Shown here in pieces: positions 36,575 to 46,995 of a stretch of 61,373 nucleotides of DNA. Origin of the DNA: Bacteroidota bacterium. Lineage in GTDB: Bacteria; Bacteroidota; Bacteroidia; AKYH767-A; 2013-40CM-41-45. The DNA is taken from NCBI GenBank assembly GCA_026391975.1, contig JAPLDB010000029.1, positions 1 to 61,373 of the forward strand. Reading direction: 5' to 3'. Both the position numbers and the translations under genes were made by a program. How positions within the stretch are numbered: position 1 is the first letter of the stretch; the number at the start of each line of letters is the position of its first letter. Below the pieces are notes generated by a model. That model was not told the origin of the DNA. It searched no databases and saw nothing but the letters and a program-made list of their open reading frames with translations.

Positions 36575-37597
36575 ATGAAAAAACGAATTAACATTCTCCT
36601 ACTCACACTGCTTGCAACCGGTGCATCCTATGCACAGCAAACAGCCAACATTGCCTATGGCTCAGGTGTTGTCAATTATATCGGAGACCTTGGCAATGAA
36701 AAACATTTCGCCGTCAGCTCTGCCAATGTTGGCATGGAGATCACTGTCCGCGACTTTTTAAACAACCCTGAAAAGTCACATGTACTCAACCGCCCTTTCG
36801 GTGTTGAAGCGCGTTTCAGCTGGCACCGTCTTCAGTATGATGAAACCAAACCAATGGGTGGTAAAGAAGGAAAGGAGCTCCGCAATTATCATCGCGGACT
36901 CAATTTCCGAAACGACATTTTCGGCTTCAGTGCCAATGCCACTTATACTTATTACGCGAATCGCTACCGTCCATTATACAAACAGAAGTTTGCCTATTTC
37001 ATTCTTGCAGGTGCCGGCGTTTTTTATGGCACACCTAAAGCCGATCTGTTCAGGGGTTCCATTGACCTAAAGAACAGGTATTATCATTGGAACGACGGAA
37101 CCATCCATGATGTGGATGAGCGTTCAGGCCTGAAAGGCAACATCATTGAAAAAGACGGAATATATGAAACCAACCTTACCGACTGGCATACCGAAGGACA
37201 GGGAAAAGGAACAGAAACCAGTAAGAAGAAACAATACAGCACTGTGAATATTGGAATACCGCTGGGCATTGGCATACGCTATGGCTTGAACAAGAATATT
37301 ACCGTTTCCGCTGAACTTGATTACTACTATTTCTTCACAGACTATTTAGATGATGCAAGTGACCGTTATGCAACCTACGACGAGCTGGCTGTCAATTTCC
37401 CTGACGCTACTAATTATGAGATCAGCAAATATGTGACCGATCCAAGTGGTTATGGCTCCAGCGGAGAAATAAACATTGCAACCAGTCCGCGTGGCAACCC
37501 AAAACTAAAAGACGCTTATACTTTTTTCAGCATTGAAGTTGCTTACAAGATCACCCTCCGTCAAAAAGGGGTATATGGTCAACTTGCTAAAAACTGA
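36575..37597 (+). CDS. Outer-membrane beta-barrel protein (DUF6089-like)
   Basis: 340 aa with a signal peptide, a beta-strand periodicity and an aromatic C-terminal strand region. Confidence 0.5.
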   Translation: MKKRINILLLTLLATGASYAQQTANIAYGSGVVNYIGDLGNEKHFAVSSANVGMEITVRDFLNNPEKSHVLNRPFGVEARFSWHRLQYDETKPMGGKEGKELRNYHRGLNFRNDIFGFSANATYTYYANRYRPLYKQKFAYFILAGAGVFYGTPKADLFRGSIDLKNRYYHWNDGTIHDVDERSGLKGNIIEKDGIYETNLTDWHTEGQGKGTETSKKKQYSTVNIGIPLGIGIRYGLNKNITVSAELDYYYFFTDYLDDASDRYATYDELAVNFPDATNYEISKYVTDPSGYGSSGEINIATSPRGNPKLKDAYTFFSIEVAYKITLRQKGVYGQLAKN

Positions 37598-37636
37598 GTT
37601 CAAACAAAAAATCCATCTTTTTTATAAGAGTTTAGA

Positions 37637-37662
37637 GGCATCAGCAATGGTGCCTTTTTTTT
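37637..37662 (+). terminator. Rho-independent terminator
   Basis: GGCATCagcaatGGTGCC followed by T8, located 40 nt after the stop at 37597. Confidence 0.6.
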
Positions 37663-37717
37663 ATTTCTCATCCTGAAGATAAACGATGATCTGCTGATTC
37701 AATTACCTTTGCCGCCC

Positions 37718-38548
37718 ATGGCAATTTTCGGATCAAGAAACAAAAACGGAGGTATTGGTGAAATGTCCTTTCTGGATCACCTTGAGGCACTACGATGGCA
37801 TATCGTACGATCAGTTGGTGTAATATTCATTGCAGCTATCATCCTGTTTCTCTACAAAGAATTTTTGTTTGATGACATTCTCCTGGCACCAAAAAATCCA
37901 AACTTTCCCACCTATCGTGCCCTTTGCTGGCTATCAAATTACTTCAATCTGGGCGAAGATCTTTGCGTAACCAAAATTGACTTTGCGCTGATCAGTACAG
38001 ACCTTTCTTCTCAATTCACTACGCACATGTGGGCGGCATTTGTGGGAGGACTTGTGATTGGGTTCCCGTTCCTCATTTTTGAGCTGTGGAAATTTATCAA
38101 GCCCGCTCTCAAAGACAAGGAAAGAAAGTATGCACGAGGAATCGTGTTTTATACTTCGTTGCTTTTTCTCACTGGCGTACTGTTCGGGTATTACGTAATC
38201 ACTCCTATGTCAGTCAATTTTCTTGGTACTTACCAGGTAAGTGCAGAAGTGAGAAATACCATCACACTGGATTCATTCATCAGTACGGTCACAACGCTCA
38301 CACTCATCACCGGACTTGTTTTTGAAATGCCTATTGTCATTTATTTTCTGTCGAAGATCGGCATCATGTCTCCGGCATTTATGCGGAAATACAGAAGGCA
38401 TGCCGTTGTGATTATACTGATTGTTGCTGCCATCATTACTCCTACAAGCGATGCAACAACACTCATGCTCGTTGCAATTCCGCTCTGGATATTATATGAA
38501 ATCAGTATATTCGTGAGTGCCTATGTAACGAAGGGTAAGGTAGAATAG
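37718..38548 (+). CDS. tatC: Twin-arginine translocase subunit TatC
   Basis: ATG at 37718. The MSFLDHLEALRWHIVRS block and six TM helices fit the typical TatC pattern. Confidence 0.92.
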   Translation: MAIFGSRNKNGGIGEMSFLDHLEALRWHIVRSVGVIFIAAIILFLYKEFLFDDILLAPKNPNFPTYRALCWLSNYFNLGEDLCVTKIDFALISTDLSSQFTTHMWAAFVGGLVIGFPFLIFELWKFIKPALKDKERKYARGIVFYTSLLFLTGVLFGYYVITPMSVNFLGTYQVSAEVRNTITLDSFISTVTTLTLITGLVFEMPIVIYFLSKIGIMSPAFMRKYRRHAVVIILIVAAIITPTSDATTLMLVAIPLWILYEISIFVSAYVTKGKVE

Positions 38549-38575
38549 GAATGTAAAAAACAAATGTCTCACAAA

Positions 38576-38624
38576 GCCGCAAAGACAGCAAAGCCTATAT
38601 AAGTCCGATAGTTTTCTTTGCGGC
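38576..38624. terminator. Hairpin GCCGCAAAGA ... TCTTTGCGGC downstream of tatC
   Basis: 10-bp perfect stem with a 29-nt loop. The flanks cacaaa / cttgcgtg extend it imperfectly. Confidence 0.4.
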
Positions 38625-38667
38625 CTTGCGTGAAAATTTTTAGCAACTAAACTCAAATTACCGCAAC

Positions 38668-39012
38668 ATGAACCAAAAGGTAAAAGACTTCAACGACTAC
38701 CGTTCGAAAATGAACGACCGCATTTTAAGCGTTGATAACAAAGTGATGAAGCGGCTTTACAACCTCGACACCAATACCTATGCTGAAGGAGCACTCCCTG
38801 TTAAAACAAAAGAGATGCTGGGGTTGGTGGCAAGCATGGTGCTGCGCTGCGACGACTGCATTAAATACCATGTGGAACGATGCAAGGCGGAAGGCGTTTC
38901 GGAAGCAGAATTGTTTGAGATTTTTTCAGTGGCCAATATTGTTGGTGGAACAATTGTGATTCCACATACCAGAAGGGCTGTGGAATATTGGGATGCGCTA
39001 AAAGAAGGATAA
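38668..39012 (+). CDS. Carboxymuconolactone decarboxylase (AhpD-like) family protein
   Basis: 114 aa with a CxxC motif in LRCDDCIKYH. Confidence 0.85.
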   Translation: MNQKVKDFNDYRSKMNDRILSVDNKVMKRLYNLDTNTYAEGALPVKTKEMLGLVASMVLRCDDCIKYHVERCKAEGVSEAELFEIFSVANIVGGTIVIPHTRRAVEYWDALKEG

Positions 39013-39023
39013 AAGAGAGGTAA

Positions 39024-42000
39024 TTACCTCACAAGACTAACATGCCCCACAAAACTGTGCGGCTTGCCTTCATTGTCGGTGATATTGATTTTATAAACAT
39101 AAACATCCATCGGGCAATCTTCACCGGTATTGTTTGTGCGTCCATTCCAGGCAGCCTTCAGCGAATGGCTGTCAAGGATCTTGATTCCCCAGCGGTCGAA
39201 AATAAAAAGCTCCATGTCTGTAATGTCATATGCAGTGGCCGTGAAAAAATCATTACTGCCATCACCGTTCGGAGTAAATGCATTCGGAATATAGATCGTG
39301 TATTCTCCGAAAATCTTGACCTTCCTGTATGTGGTATCGTAGCACTGATGTTCGGTAGTAACAATGAGCTGAATGATGAACGTGCCTGTGTCACCATAAA
39401 CATATACCGGATTTTGTGCTGCCGATGTTCCATCGTTGTCGCCAAAATTCCAGTTCCAGTTCGCAGCAATGTAACTCTGATCAGTAAACGCTATGCGCGG
39501 ATTGAAGAAAGAAACAGAATCGGTATTTAGGACGAAATCAGCAACGGGGTTCTCATAAACATGCACAGTCTCATGGGCAATGAGTGAATCGGTGCAGTCT
39601 TCCGGTGTGGTAACATATAGCGTAACGTCATAATCACCGCTGATAGTATACTCATGAATGATATCTGTTTGTGAATAAATACCCGTGCCATCTCCTGTAT
39701 TCCATTCATAAATGGATCCTGCAGGTGTATTGCTTTGATTAAGCAAACTCACCGTTACCGGCACACATCCTTCGGCATTCATCAGGGAGAAATTCACATC
39801 CGGTAGCGGATTCACAAAAACCTGTGTAGCATCAGATGCATCATTAACCGTACAATGGTCACTCACTGAAACCACATAAGTTGTAGTATTTGTCGGATAA
39901 ACAGTGACCTGCTGTGTAAATGCTCCTTCAGGATTCCAGCTGTAAAAATATGGTCCGCCATTTCCGCCAGAAGGTTCTACACTGAGATCTACACCTTCAC
40001 CTTCGCAAATTGTATCTCCTGATGAAACAACAGCTTCCAATGGCGGATGAACAAATACGAAACTTGAAGCAAAATCAGATACACAGCCATTTAAATCTGT
40101 TGCCTGCACATCGTATAATGTGCTTACCGCCGGCTCAACAAAAATATTAATTGATGTATCACCTGTATTCCATAGATAAGAAAAGTCCCCTGCCCCACCG
40201 GTTGCAAGGCAATTCAATTCCGCTTGCTGTCCTATACAAATCGTATCCACAGGAGTTGAAGCTATCAGGATCTCCGGTGGATCATCTACATGGTAACTTG
40301 CCTGCCTCAAACATCCATGAGCGTCAGTAATGTCAACAGCATAATTTCCTGAAGGCAAAGAAGCAAGCATTGACATCGTACTTCCATTCGACCAGTTGTA
40401 TGAATAAGGCGAAACACCACCGGCTGTAGACAATGTAATTACCCCGTTTGAATCTCCATAACACAATGTATTGCTAACGATTCCCAGTACACTAATTTGT
40501 GGTGGAGAAGAAATCACTGCAGTTGCCTGCGTTGCACATCCGCTGTTATCCGAAACAACCACTACATAATTTCCTACCGGAAGTCCTGACAAAGCACTAT
40601 CGGTCTGCATAGTGTGGTCCCAAGCATATGAATATAAACCTGAACCACCGGATGCGACAACAGTTATTCCTCCGTCACTTCCACCAAAGCAATTAACGTC
40701 TGCAATGATAAACTGTGCAGTAACCGGAGCCGGATCTGTAATCGTGATTTGGTGATTTTCTATGCATCCATGAGCATCCGTTACAGTAGCATTGTACAAT
40801 CCTGCACCAAGGTTGGCAGCGTACCAGGTATTGCTCGAAACAGGACTCCATGCATATGCATAAGGGCCAGTTCCTCCTGTAACAATCACACTTGCCGTTC
40901 CATTCGCAGCACCGGCGCAAGCAGCATTGGTTGTAGTGTGCGTAATTAGGATTGCATTGGGCTGAACAAGAACCACTGAATCAATCGTAACGCATGCGTG
41001 CTGATCAGTTACTGTTACATAATATGTTCCTTCGCCCAAACCGGAAATAGCGGTTGCAGTATTCCCGTTGGACCACATGTATGAATAGCCTGATATTCCT
41101 CCTGCAGCAACAACACTTGCAGTACCATCTGCAGAACCGAAACATAACGGGTTGACAGAAGTTGCTGATGCCAGCAAAGGAGGCGGCTGTGAAATAACAA
41201 CATGAATTGTATCAATGCATGAATTCGTGTCAGCTACAGTAAGTATGTAATTCCCTGCTGTGAGATTTGAAAATGACATCCCTACCTGTGGTGGATCATT
41301 GTTGAGAGAATAAAAAAGTGTTCCGCTGCCGCCTGTAGTAGCAAGACTTATATTTCCATCGCTTCCATTATTGCAATTAACATTGGCACTCACATAATTT
41401 GTGATCTGTGGCGAAGCAAGGTCAACGAGCGTTACTTGCTGATATGCCTTACAACCATTGGCATCTCTGATTGACAAATTGTAAATACCGGCATTCATTC
41501 CATTGTGGCTTGCTTGTGCTAAGTAAACGAGTCCGCTATCGATAGAATAAACCCAGGGGCCTGTGCCTCCAACTGCAACCAGGTTAATGTTCCCGTTGTT
41601 GGCGCTGCAGGTTTCATCTGCCAGTGTTGCCGCAATCACAAGCGGGTCAGGTTGTGCAATAACGACAACAGCACTTGCCAGGCAGTTATTCTGGTCATTT
41701 ACGATCACATAATATGTTCCTGCAAGAAGTGAATCAAAAAGGATGGATGACTGATAAGTAATGCCATTGTCAATGCTATACGAAAGCGAACCTGTCCCAC
41801 CGCTTGCATGTACAATGATCTCTCCGACGGGAACACCGTTGCATAAAAGATCTGTGGAATTTACTGTACTGATATTTGGAGCGAGGAGATTATTTATTGT
41901 AACCGGATGGGTGGCTACACAGTTATTTGCGTCACGAACAGTGATGGTATATCCTCCGGCAAACAGGTTATTAAAAACAGATGATGCCTGGAAATTGGTG

Positions 42001-45000
42001 CCATCTATAGAATACTGATATGGGCCGGTTCCACCTGTTACATTCAGTGTAGTTGATCCATTGCTTTGTCCGCATGCAGCATTCACTACCTGGTTCGAAA
42101 TGCTGATTGCAGGTGGTTCGCTGATCAACACTGAATTATTGGCTGAGCAACCGGCTGTATCAAGCACGATGATATTGTAATTGCCGGCAGGAAGATTTGA
42201 AAATGAATTGCCGGTTTGAAAATTTGATCCATTGTCAATGCTGTATTGCAATGTACCCACCCCCCCGCTAACATTGATCAGAACGGTTCCGGTCTGATCT
42301 CCGTGACATAGTTCATTGGTTGAATTGACGGCTTGAATGACCGGGCCATTGAGGTTACTAACTGATGCGTTGAAGTCCTGTTCACATCCTAAAGAATCAC
42401 GAACGGTAATAGTATAATTTCCTGATATCAGGTTTTGAAAAATAGTATCGGGTAAAAAATTTCCGGAATGATTGACAGCATAAGTAAGAGACCCCATTCC
42501 TCCGGATGCATTTAAAGTTATAGATCCGTTGCTGAAACTGCAATTTGCCGGAACGCTCTGGTAATTAAAAAGGAAAGGGGCAGGCTGAGAAATGGACACA
42601 GAGGAATCCGTCATGCATCCATTTGTATCAGTCACCTGGATCAGAAAATTGCCTGCATCCAGTGAATCAAAATAAGACGAAGTCTGGTATGAAATGCCGT
42701 TGTCAATGCTGTATGATAATATTCCGCTGCCACCCGTAGTATTGATATTGATTGTTCCGTCAGCAGCGTTGTAACAAACAACATCAGCGAAATTGATCGT
42801 AATGATTTCCGGCGCTGGAGAAAAAGAAACCTGCACATCTGCAGAATCGGCGCACCCGTGATCATCGATTACAACCAGATGATACATTCCTGAATCAAGT
42901 GACAAAAATGTAGAATCATTTGCAAATGGGTTTCTGTCAAAGCTATAAAGGTATCCCGGAGTTCCACCTGCAGCATGAATTATTATGGATCCATCATTTC
43001 TGTCACACTTTTCCGTTTCAATTTCATTTGAAAAACTAAGCGGTGTCGGCTGGGAGATGGTTACTGTGTCTCTCGCCAAACAATTATTGGTATCAATAAC
43101 TGTCAGGAAATATGCTCCCAATGAAAGTGAATCAAAATTGTAAGTGGAGAAAAAATTTGATCCGCCATCAATGCTGTAACTCAACTGGCCATTCCCTCCG
43201 GATGCGGCAACGTCTATGATACCATCAGAAAAACCGTTGCAGGAAATATCAGTAGTTGAGGTTTGATTTATTACAGGGGAGTGATAAATACCCGGTGCCT
43301 CAAGAGTACTGTCGAGGCAGCCATTCGCATCCTTCACATAAATAAAATAGTTCCCACCAAAAATATTTTGAAAAACCGGACTGGTTTGAAAGGTAGCACC
43401 GCTGTCAATACTGTATTGCAGCACACCTGTTCCACTTACTGCAGTAAGTGAGATGGAAGCATTTGCAAATCCATCGCAAATTTGCGGAGTGGATTGTTGT
43501 GCAATGATCCTCGGCCCCAATGCATCGCCGATAATAATTGTTGTCGCTTCAACGCATCCGTTGGCGTCCATGGCCACCACTTTGTAGCTTCCCGATAAAA
43601 GATTATTAAAAACGCTGGAGGCAAAAAAAGACAAGCCTCCATCAATGCTATAGGTAAAAGCTCCTGTTCCTCCTGATACATTGGCAGTTATTGATCCATT
43701 TGGCAATCCGCACATAGCATCAACAGAAACAATAGAAAGAATTATTGCCGGCCGCTGTGCAATATTGAACGTGGAAGTAGAATTACATCCCAGGTTATCT
43801 TTCACCACTACGTTGTAATTGCCTGAAGCGAGTGATAAAAAAATATTCGAACTTGAAAATGTATTGCCGGCATCAATGCTGTATTTAATTGGAGGTATTC
43901 CACCGATAGTTGTGATGACAACTCCGCCATCTGAGGATCCGAAACAACTTACATCTGTAATACTCAAATTCGAGACCGTAGGGGCCGATGATGCTCCAAC
44001 CACATAATTATGTATTCCGCGGCATCCGTTAGCGTCCATTACATTTAAAATGATGGGACCCGATGGAAGGTTTGAAAAAATATTTGAGAACTGCCATGTT
44101 ACGCCTCCATCAATAGAATACTGAAGTGGCAGTAAACCACTTGAAGGATGTAGTGTGATGGCGCCATTGTTCAGGCCGCAGGATGTATTCCTCATGCTGC
44201 AATACGCTCGTACAGTAGGCGGTTCTATTATAGTAGCAATACTTCTCACAACACAATTGTTTTGATCTTTCACGGCAATCAGAAACTGGCCACCGGAAAG
44301 GTTCGAGAAAGTGTTGTTTGCAAAATATGTAATGCCGTTATCAATACTGTATTGAAGAACTCCTGTACCACCGGATGCTGTGATGCCAATACTGCCATCA
44401 TCAGCATTTGCGCATGATACATCTGTATGAACAACATTATTGATCTGAGGAGCATTGAGGTTATTGACGATCGCTGTATCATGGGTAAAGCATCCGTTCC
44501 CGTCGGTAATCTCAATGAAGAAAACGCCCGGCGGCAGAGAAGAAAAAATATTTGAAGTCTGGAATGTCTGCCCGTTTGTAATACTGTAAGATATTGTTCC
44601 GGTTGTTCCGCCCAGGACATTTAATGTAATACTTCCGGTACTCAGTCCGCAGGAAGATGGCACAATAAGAATTTGTAAATTGACAGGCGGTGGTTGCGTG
44701 AGCGTAACAGATGCCGTTACGGTACACCCTTCCTGATCTGAAACAACAATTGGATACATTCCGGCTGTCAGTTGATCAAACAATGAAGCAGTTTGAAAGC
44801 TGCTCCCGCTGTCAATGCTATAGGAATAAGGCGCCATTCCTCCACTTGCGGAAATGTCAATGCTGCCATCGGTTCCGTTGTTGCAGAGAATATCCTGAGA
44901 AACGACATTTGTAATAACAGGGAGCGTTGAAGGCTCAACAGTAAAGGTTCCATTCCAGAGGCATCCATGTGCATCTTTAACCTTTAAAAAATAAGTTCCT

Positions 45001-46844
45001 GCTGAAAGTCCCATGAAAATTGCTGCTCCCTGAAAAGTGACTCCATTATCCTTACTGTAGGTATATGGTGCGGTGCCACCGGAAGCAGAGACAGTGATCT
45101 TTCCATTGGCACTTGCGCATTTTGTATCATTCACAGTAACAGATGCAGTAAGTACCTGCGGTTCGCTGATCACAAAAAGTGTTGAAGAGGAACATCCAGT
45201 TGGATCGACCGTAACCAATGTATATGTTCCGGCAGTAAGGTTTATAATCTGATCGCTGACGACTCCGTTTGTTTGCCTGATAATTGTACCTGCAGTATTT
45301 TTCCAGATGAAATTCCATGGACTTGCTCCCATGCCGGTGCCCGAAGCACTTCCGGTTTGCCCATTGCATAATGGATTTGTAACAGAAACTGTAGGAGGAA
45401 TGCAACATGCAAGTGATGCGTAAAAATCATTGACAGGGTCTGCTATGCATGCTGCAGACGTCCATGATCCCGATTCACCATCAGAATAGGTATCAATAAA
45501 AACATTCAGGTTTTCACCGTTGATACAATCAGCCTGATCATTTGTTTGAATCGTAAAGCAAAAATTCCAAGTACAGTTACCGGATAAATTATCCCCGAAA
45601 TTATTTCCGGGATCTGTATCAGCAACTCCCCCTTGATTTCCGGCGGGAGTTTCATAAAAAAAACCGGGTCCTATTGAAGAGCCGTTCGCTGCAGAAGTAA
45701 TTTGCTGATTGTACCATCCCCAGGTTCCGTTACCTGAACAGGACAATGGTGGTGATGCCGAAAAAGTACTTGTGTCCCAGCCCGGACCAAAAGCAGGAAT
45801 CACAGCATGAAGCCAGTTTGCAGAGGTCGGGCTAAAATCTGTTATCTCTAGGCAAAAATTTACTGATTGCCCTGCAAGGTAAATTCCATTTTGCGGAGGC
45901 GGAGAAACAGTAAGCGCACTCTGAATCACACATCCTTCGCAATCAAGATTATTCTGAAGCGATAAAGTAAAATTGCATTGGTCATTCATGGTACCTCCGC
46001 TCACCCGAAGGAAATAGGTGCCTGGTGATAATCCTGAAAATGATGTGTTGAGTAAACCACCGCCGCCGATTGCGCAGCCGCGAGGCACAAGGTTATTGCA
46101 GCCGGTACCGGAATACAATGCCACTTCAGGTGTAATCATTCCATTGATGATGATATCGAGAATTGGCGCTGTGATAGTAAACGAGTACCAAACGTCACTT
46201 GCAGGAACTGCCATACTACCGACGGGGTGGCAGCCCTGTAGTGCATTGTATGGAATCTCCGCAGTAGCGCAAAGATTTGTTGTGTTGAAAGACACCAGCT
46301 GTCCCAGGCCACTGGGGCATGGTGAAGGAACCGGTAAAGCGCCAAGGTTTTGCGCTCCGGAACAAGCATCATTGGAAGGAGGCGCGCCTCCATTACAGGA
46401 TGGACAACCATTCACCGGACACTGAACGCAGTTGATGACAGCACTCCATCCATTTTTCACTACAGTGTAATCAGAAACAAACTTTATGGTAAGGCAGCCG
46501 GAAGTGGCGCTAATAGCACCCGGAGAATTAGTACCCGTATATGTTCCGAGCAGTGGTGATGTCGAGGACGGTCCGTTATATAAATAAAGAAAATCAAAAT
46601 TATTCTCCAATTGAAATGATGTAAATAGCACGCTAACACACATTCCAGGCACATCAGAGCAAATTGTCAAAGTGTAATTTTCATTTGCAGAATAGGATGC
46701 GGTATCCGTTCCACTGTCAAAAAAATTACCGCCACAGGTACTTATGGTAGCTGTGTGCATAGTAATGTCCTGTCCATCAGAATACTTCTCAATGGCAAAC
46801 AGAAAAAAAAGCAGTGAAAGAAAAAATTTACCCGGGTAAGTCAA
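39024..46844 (-). CDS. Giant (2606-aa) cell-surface protein: CUB-like domain, Cys-rich PPC-like module, ~22 SprB repeats, Ig/PKD-like domains, T9SS type B (CHU_C/gliding-associated) C-terminal domain
   Basis: TTG start with a signal-like FFLSLLFFLFAIE. CUB-like CGGNFFDSG...FDFLYLYNG...IKFVSDYTVVKNGWSAVINC. About 77-aa repeats of form C..x..G.I...ASGG...Y.YS.D.G..FQ....F..L..G.Y...V.D..GC. PKD-like WNFGDNDGTS. C-terminal YIPNAFTPNGDGSNDFF...WNG. Confidence 0.85.
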   Translation of the reverse strand: MTYPGKFFLSLLFFLFAIEKYSDGQDITMHTATISTCGGNFFDSGTDTASYSANENYTLTICSDVPGMCVSVLFTSFQLENNFDFLYLYNGPSSTSPLLGTYTGTNSPGAISATSGCLTIKFVSDYTVVKNGWSAVINCVQCPVNGCPSCNGGAPPSNDACSGAQNLGALPVPSPCPSGLGQLVSFNTTNLCATAEIPYNALQGCHPVGSMAVPASDVWYSFTITAPILDIIINGMITPEVALYSGTGCNNLVPRGCAIGGGGLLNTSFSGLSPGTYFLRVSGGTMNDQCNFTLSLQNNLDCEGCVIQSALTVSPPPQNGIYLAGQSVNFCLEITDFSPTSANWLHAVIPAFGPGWDTSTFSASPPLSCSGNGTWGWYNQQITSAANGSSIGPGFFYETPAGNQGGVADTDPGNNFGDNLSGNCTWNFCFTIQTNDQADCINGENLNVFIDTYSDGESGSWTSAACIADPVNDFYASLACCIPPTVSVTNPLCNGQTGSASGTGMGASPWNFIWKNTAGTIIRQTNGVVSDQIINLTAGTYTLVTVDPTGCSSSTLFVISEPQVLTASVTVNDTKCASANGKITVSASGGTAPYTYSKDNGVTFQGAAIFMGLSAGTYFLKVKDAHGCLWNGTFTVEPSTLPVITNVVSQDILCNNGTDGSIDISASGGMAPYSYSIDSGSSFQTASLFDQLTAGMYPIVVSDQEGCTVTASVTLTQPPPVNLQILIVPSSCGLSTGSITLNVLGGTTGTISYSITNGQTFQTSNIFSSLPPGVFFIEITDGNGCFTHDTAIVNNLNAPQINNVVHTDVSCANADDGSIGITASGGTGVLQYSIDNGITYFANNTFSNLSGGQFLIAVKDQNNCVVRSIATIIEPPTVRAYCSMRNTSCGLNNGAITLHPSSGLLPLQYSIDGGVTWQFSNIFSNLPSGPIILNVMDANGCRGIHNYVVGASSAPTVSNLSITDVSCFGSSDGGVVITTIGGIPPIKYSIDAGNTFSSSNIFLSLASGNYNVVVKDNLGCNSTSTFNIAQRPAIILSIVSVDAMCGLPNGSITANVSGGTGAFTYSIDGGLSFFASSVFNNLLSGSYKVVAMDANGCVEATTIIIGDALGPRIIAQQSTPQICDGFANASISLTAVSGTGVLQYSIDSGATFQTSPVFQNIFGGNYFIYVKDANGCLDSTLEAPGIYHSPVINQTSTTDISCNGFSDGIIDVAASGGNGQLSYSIDGGSNFFSTYNFDSLSLGAYFLTVIDTNNCLARDTVTISQPTPLSFSNEIETEKCDRNDGSIIIHAAGGTPGYLYSFDRNPFANDSTFLSLDSGMYHLVVIDDHGCADSADVQVSFSPAPEIITINFADVVCYNAADGTININTTGGSGILSYSIDNGISYQTSSYFDSLDAGNFLIQVTDTNGCMTDSSVSISQPAPFLFNYQSVPANCSFSNGSITLNASGGMGSLTYAVNHSGNFLPDTIFQNLISGNYTITVRDSLGCEQDFNASVSNLNGPVIQAVNSTNELCHGDQTGTVLINVSGGVGTLQYSIDNGSNFQTGNSFSNLPAGNYNIIVLDTAGCSANNSVLISEPPAISISNQVVNAACGQSNGSTTLNVTGGTGPYQYSIDGTNFQASSVFNNLFAGGYTITVRDANNCVATHPVTINNLLAPNISTVNSTDLLCNGVPVGEIIVHASGGTGSLSYSIDNGITYQSSILFDSLLAGTYYVIVNDQNNCLASAVVVIAQPDPLVIAATLADETCSANNGNINLVAVGGTGPWVYSIDSGLVYLAQASHNGMNAGIYNLSIRDANGCKAYQQVTLVDLASPQITNYVSANVNCNNGSDGNISLATTGGSGTLFYSLNNDPPQVGMSFSNLTAGNYILTVADTNSCIDTIHVVISQPPPLLASATSVNPLCFGSADGTASVVAAGGISGYSYMWSNGNTATAISGLGEGTYYVTVTDQHACVTIDSVVLVQPNAILITHTTTNAACAGAANGTASVIVTGGTGPYAYAWSPVSSNTWYAANLGAGLYNATVTDAHGCIENHQITITDPAPVTAQFIIADVNCFGGSDGGITVVASGGSGLYSYAWDHTMQTDSALSGLPVGNYVVVVSDNSGCATQATAVISSPPQISVLGIVSNTLCYGDSNGVITLSTAGGVSPYSYNWSNGSTMSMLASLPSGNYAVDITDAHGCLRQASYHVDDPPEILIASTPVDTICIGQQAELNCLATGGAGDFSYLWNTGDTSINIFVEPAVSTLYDVQATDLNGCVSDFASSFVFVHPPLEAVVSSGDTICEGEGVDLSVEPSGGNGGPYFYSWNPEGAFTQQVTVYPTNTTTYVVSVSDHCTVNDASDATQVFVNPLPDVNFSLMNAEGCVPVTVSLLNQSNTPAGSIYEWNTGDGTGIYSQTDIIHEYTISGDYDVTLYVTTPEDCTDSLIAHETVHVYENPVADFVLNTDSVSFFNPRIAFTDQSYIAANWNWNFGDNDGTSAAQNPVYVYGDTGTFIIQLIVTTEHQCYDTTYRKVKIFGEYTIYIPNAFTPNGDGSNDFFTATAYDITDMELFIFDRWGIKILDSHSLKAAWNGRTNNTGEDCPMDVYVYKINITDNEGKPHSFVGHVSLVR

Positions 46845-46995
46845 CGAAAAAGCATTGGCTGGTTTAGATATTGTAAAAGTAAGCAGTGTGCCCGAAAAAT
46901 ATCAATATCATTTATAAATTAATGATACATCTAAAATTTAACAAAGCAATGGAATTAAAATGATTGCTTCTAACCAATGAAGAAAATACCGTTAA

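Noticed and set aside
39042-39530. 162-aa antisense ORF inside the giant cargo gene (similar cases at 46018-46425, 43263-43451 and others)
   Set aside because: These are shadow ORFs opposite a very long, clearly coding repeat gene. They have no recognisable motifs, and such ORFs are typical of long genes with biased codon composition.
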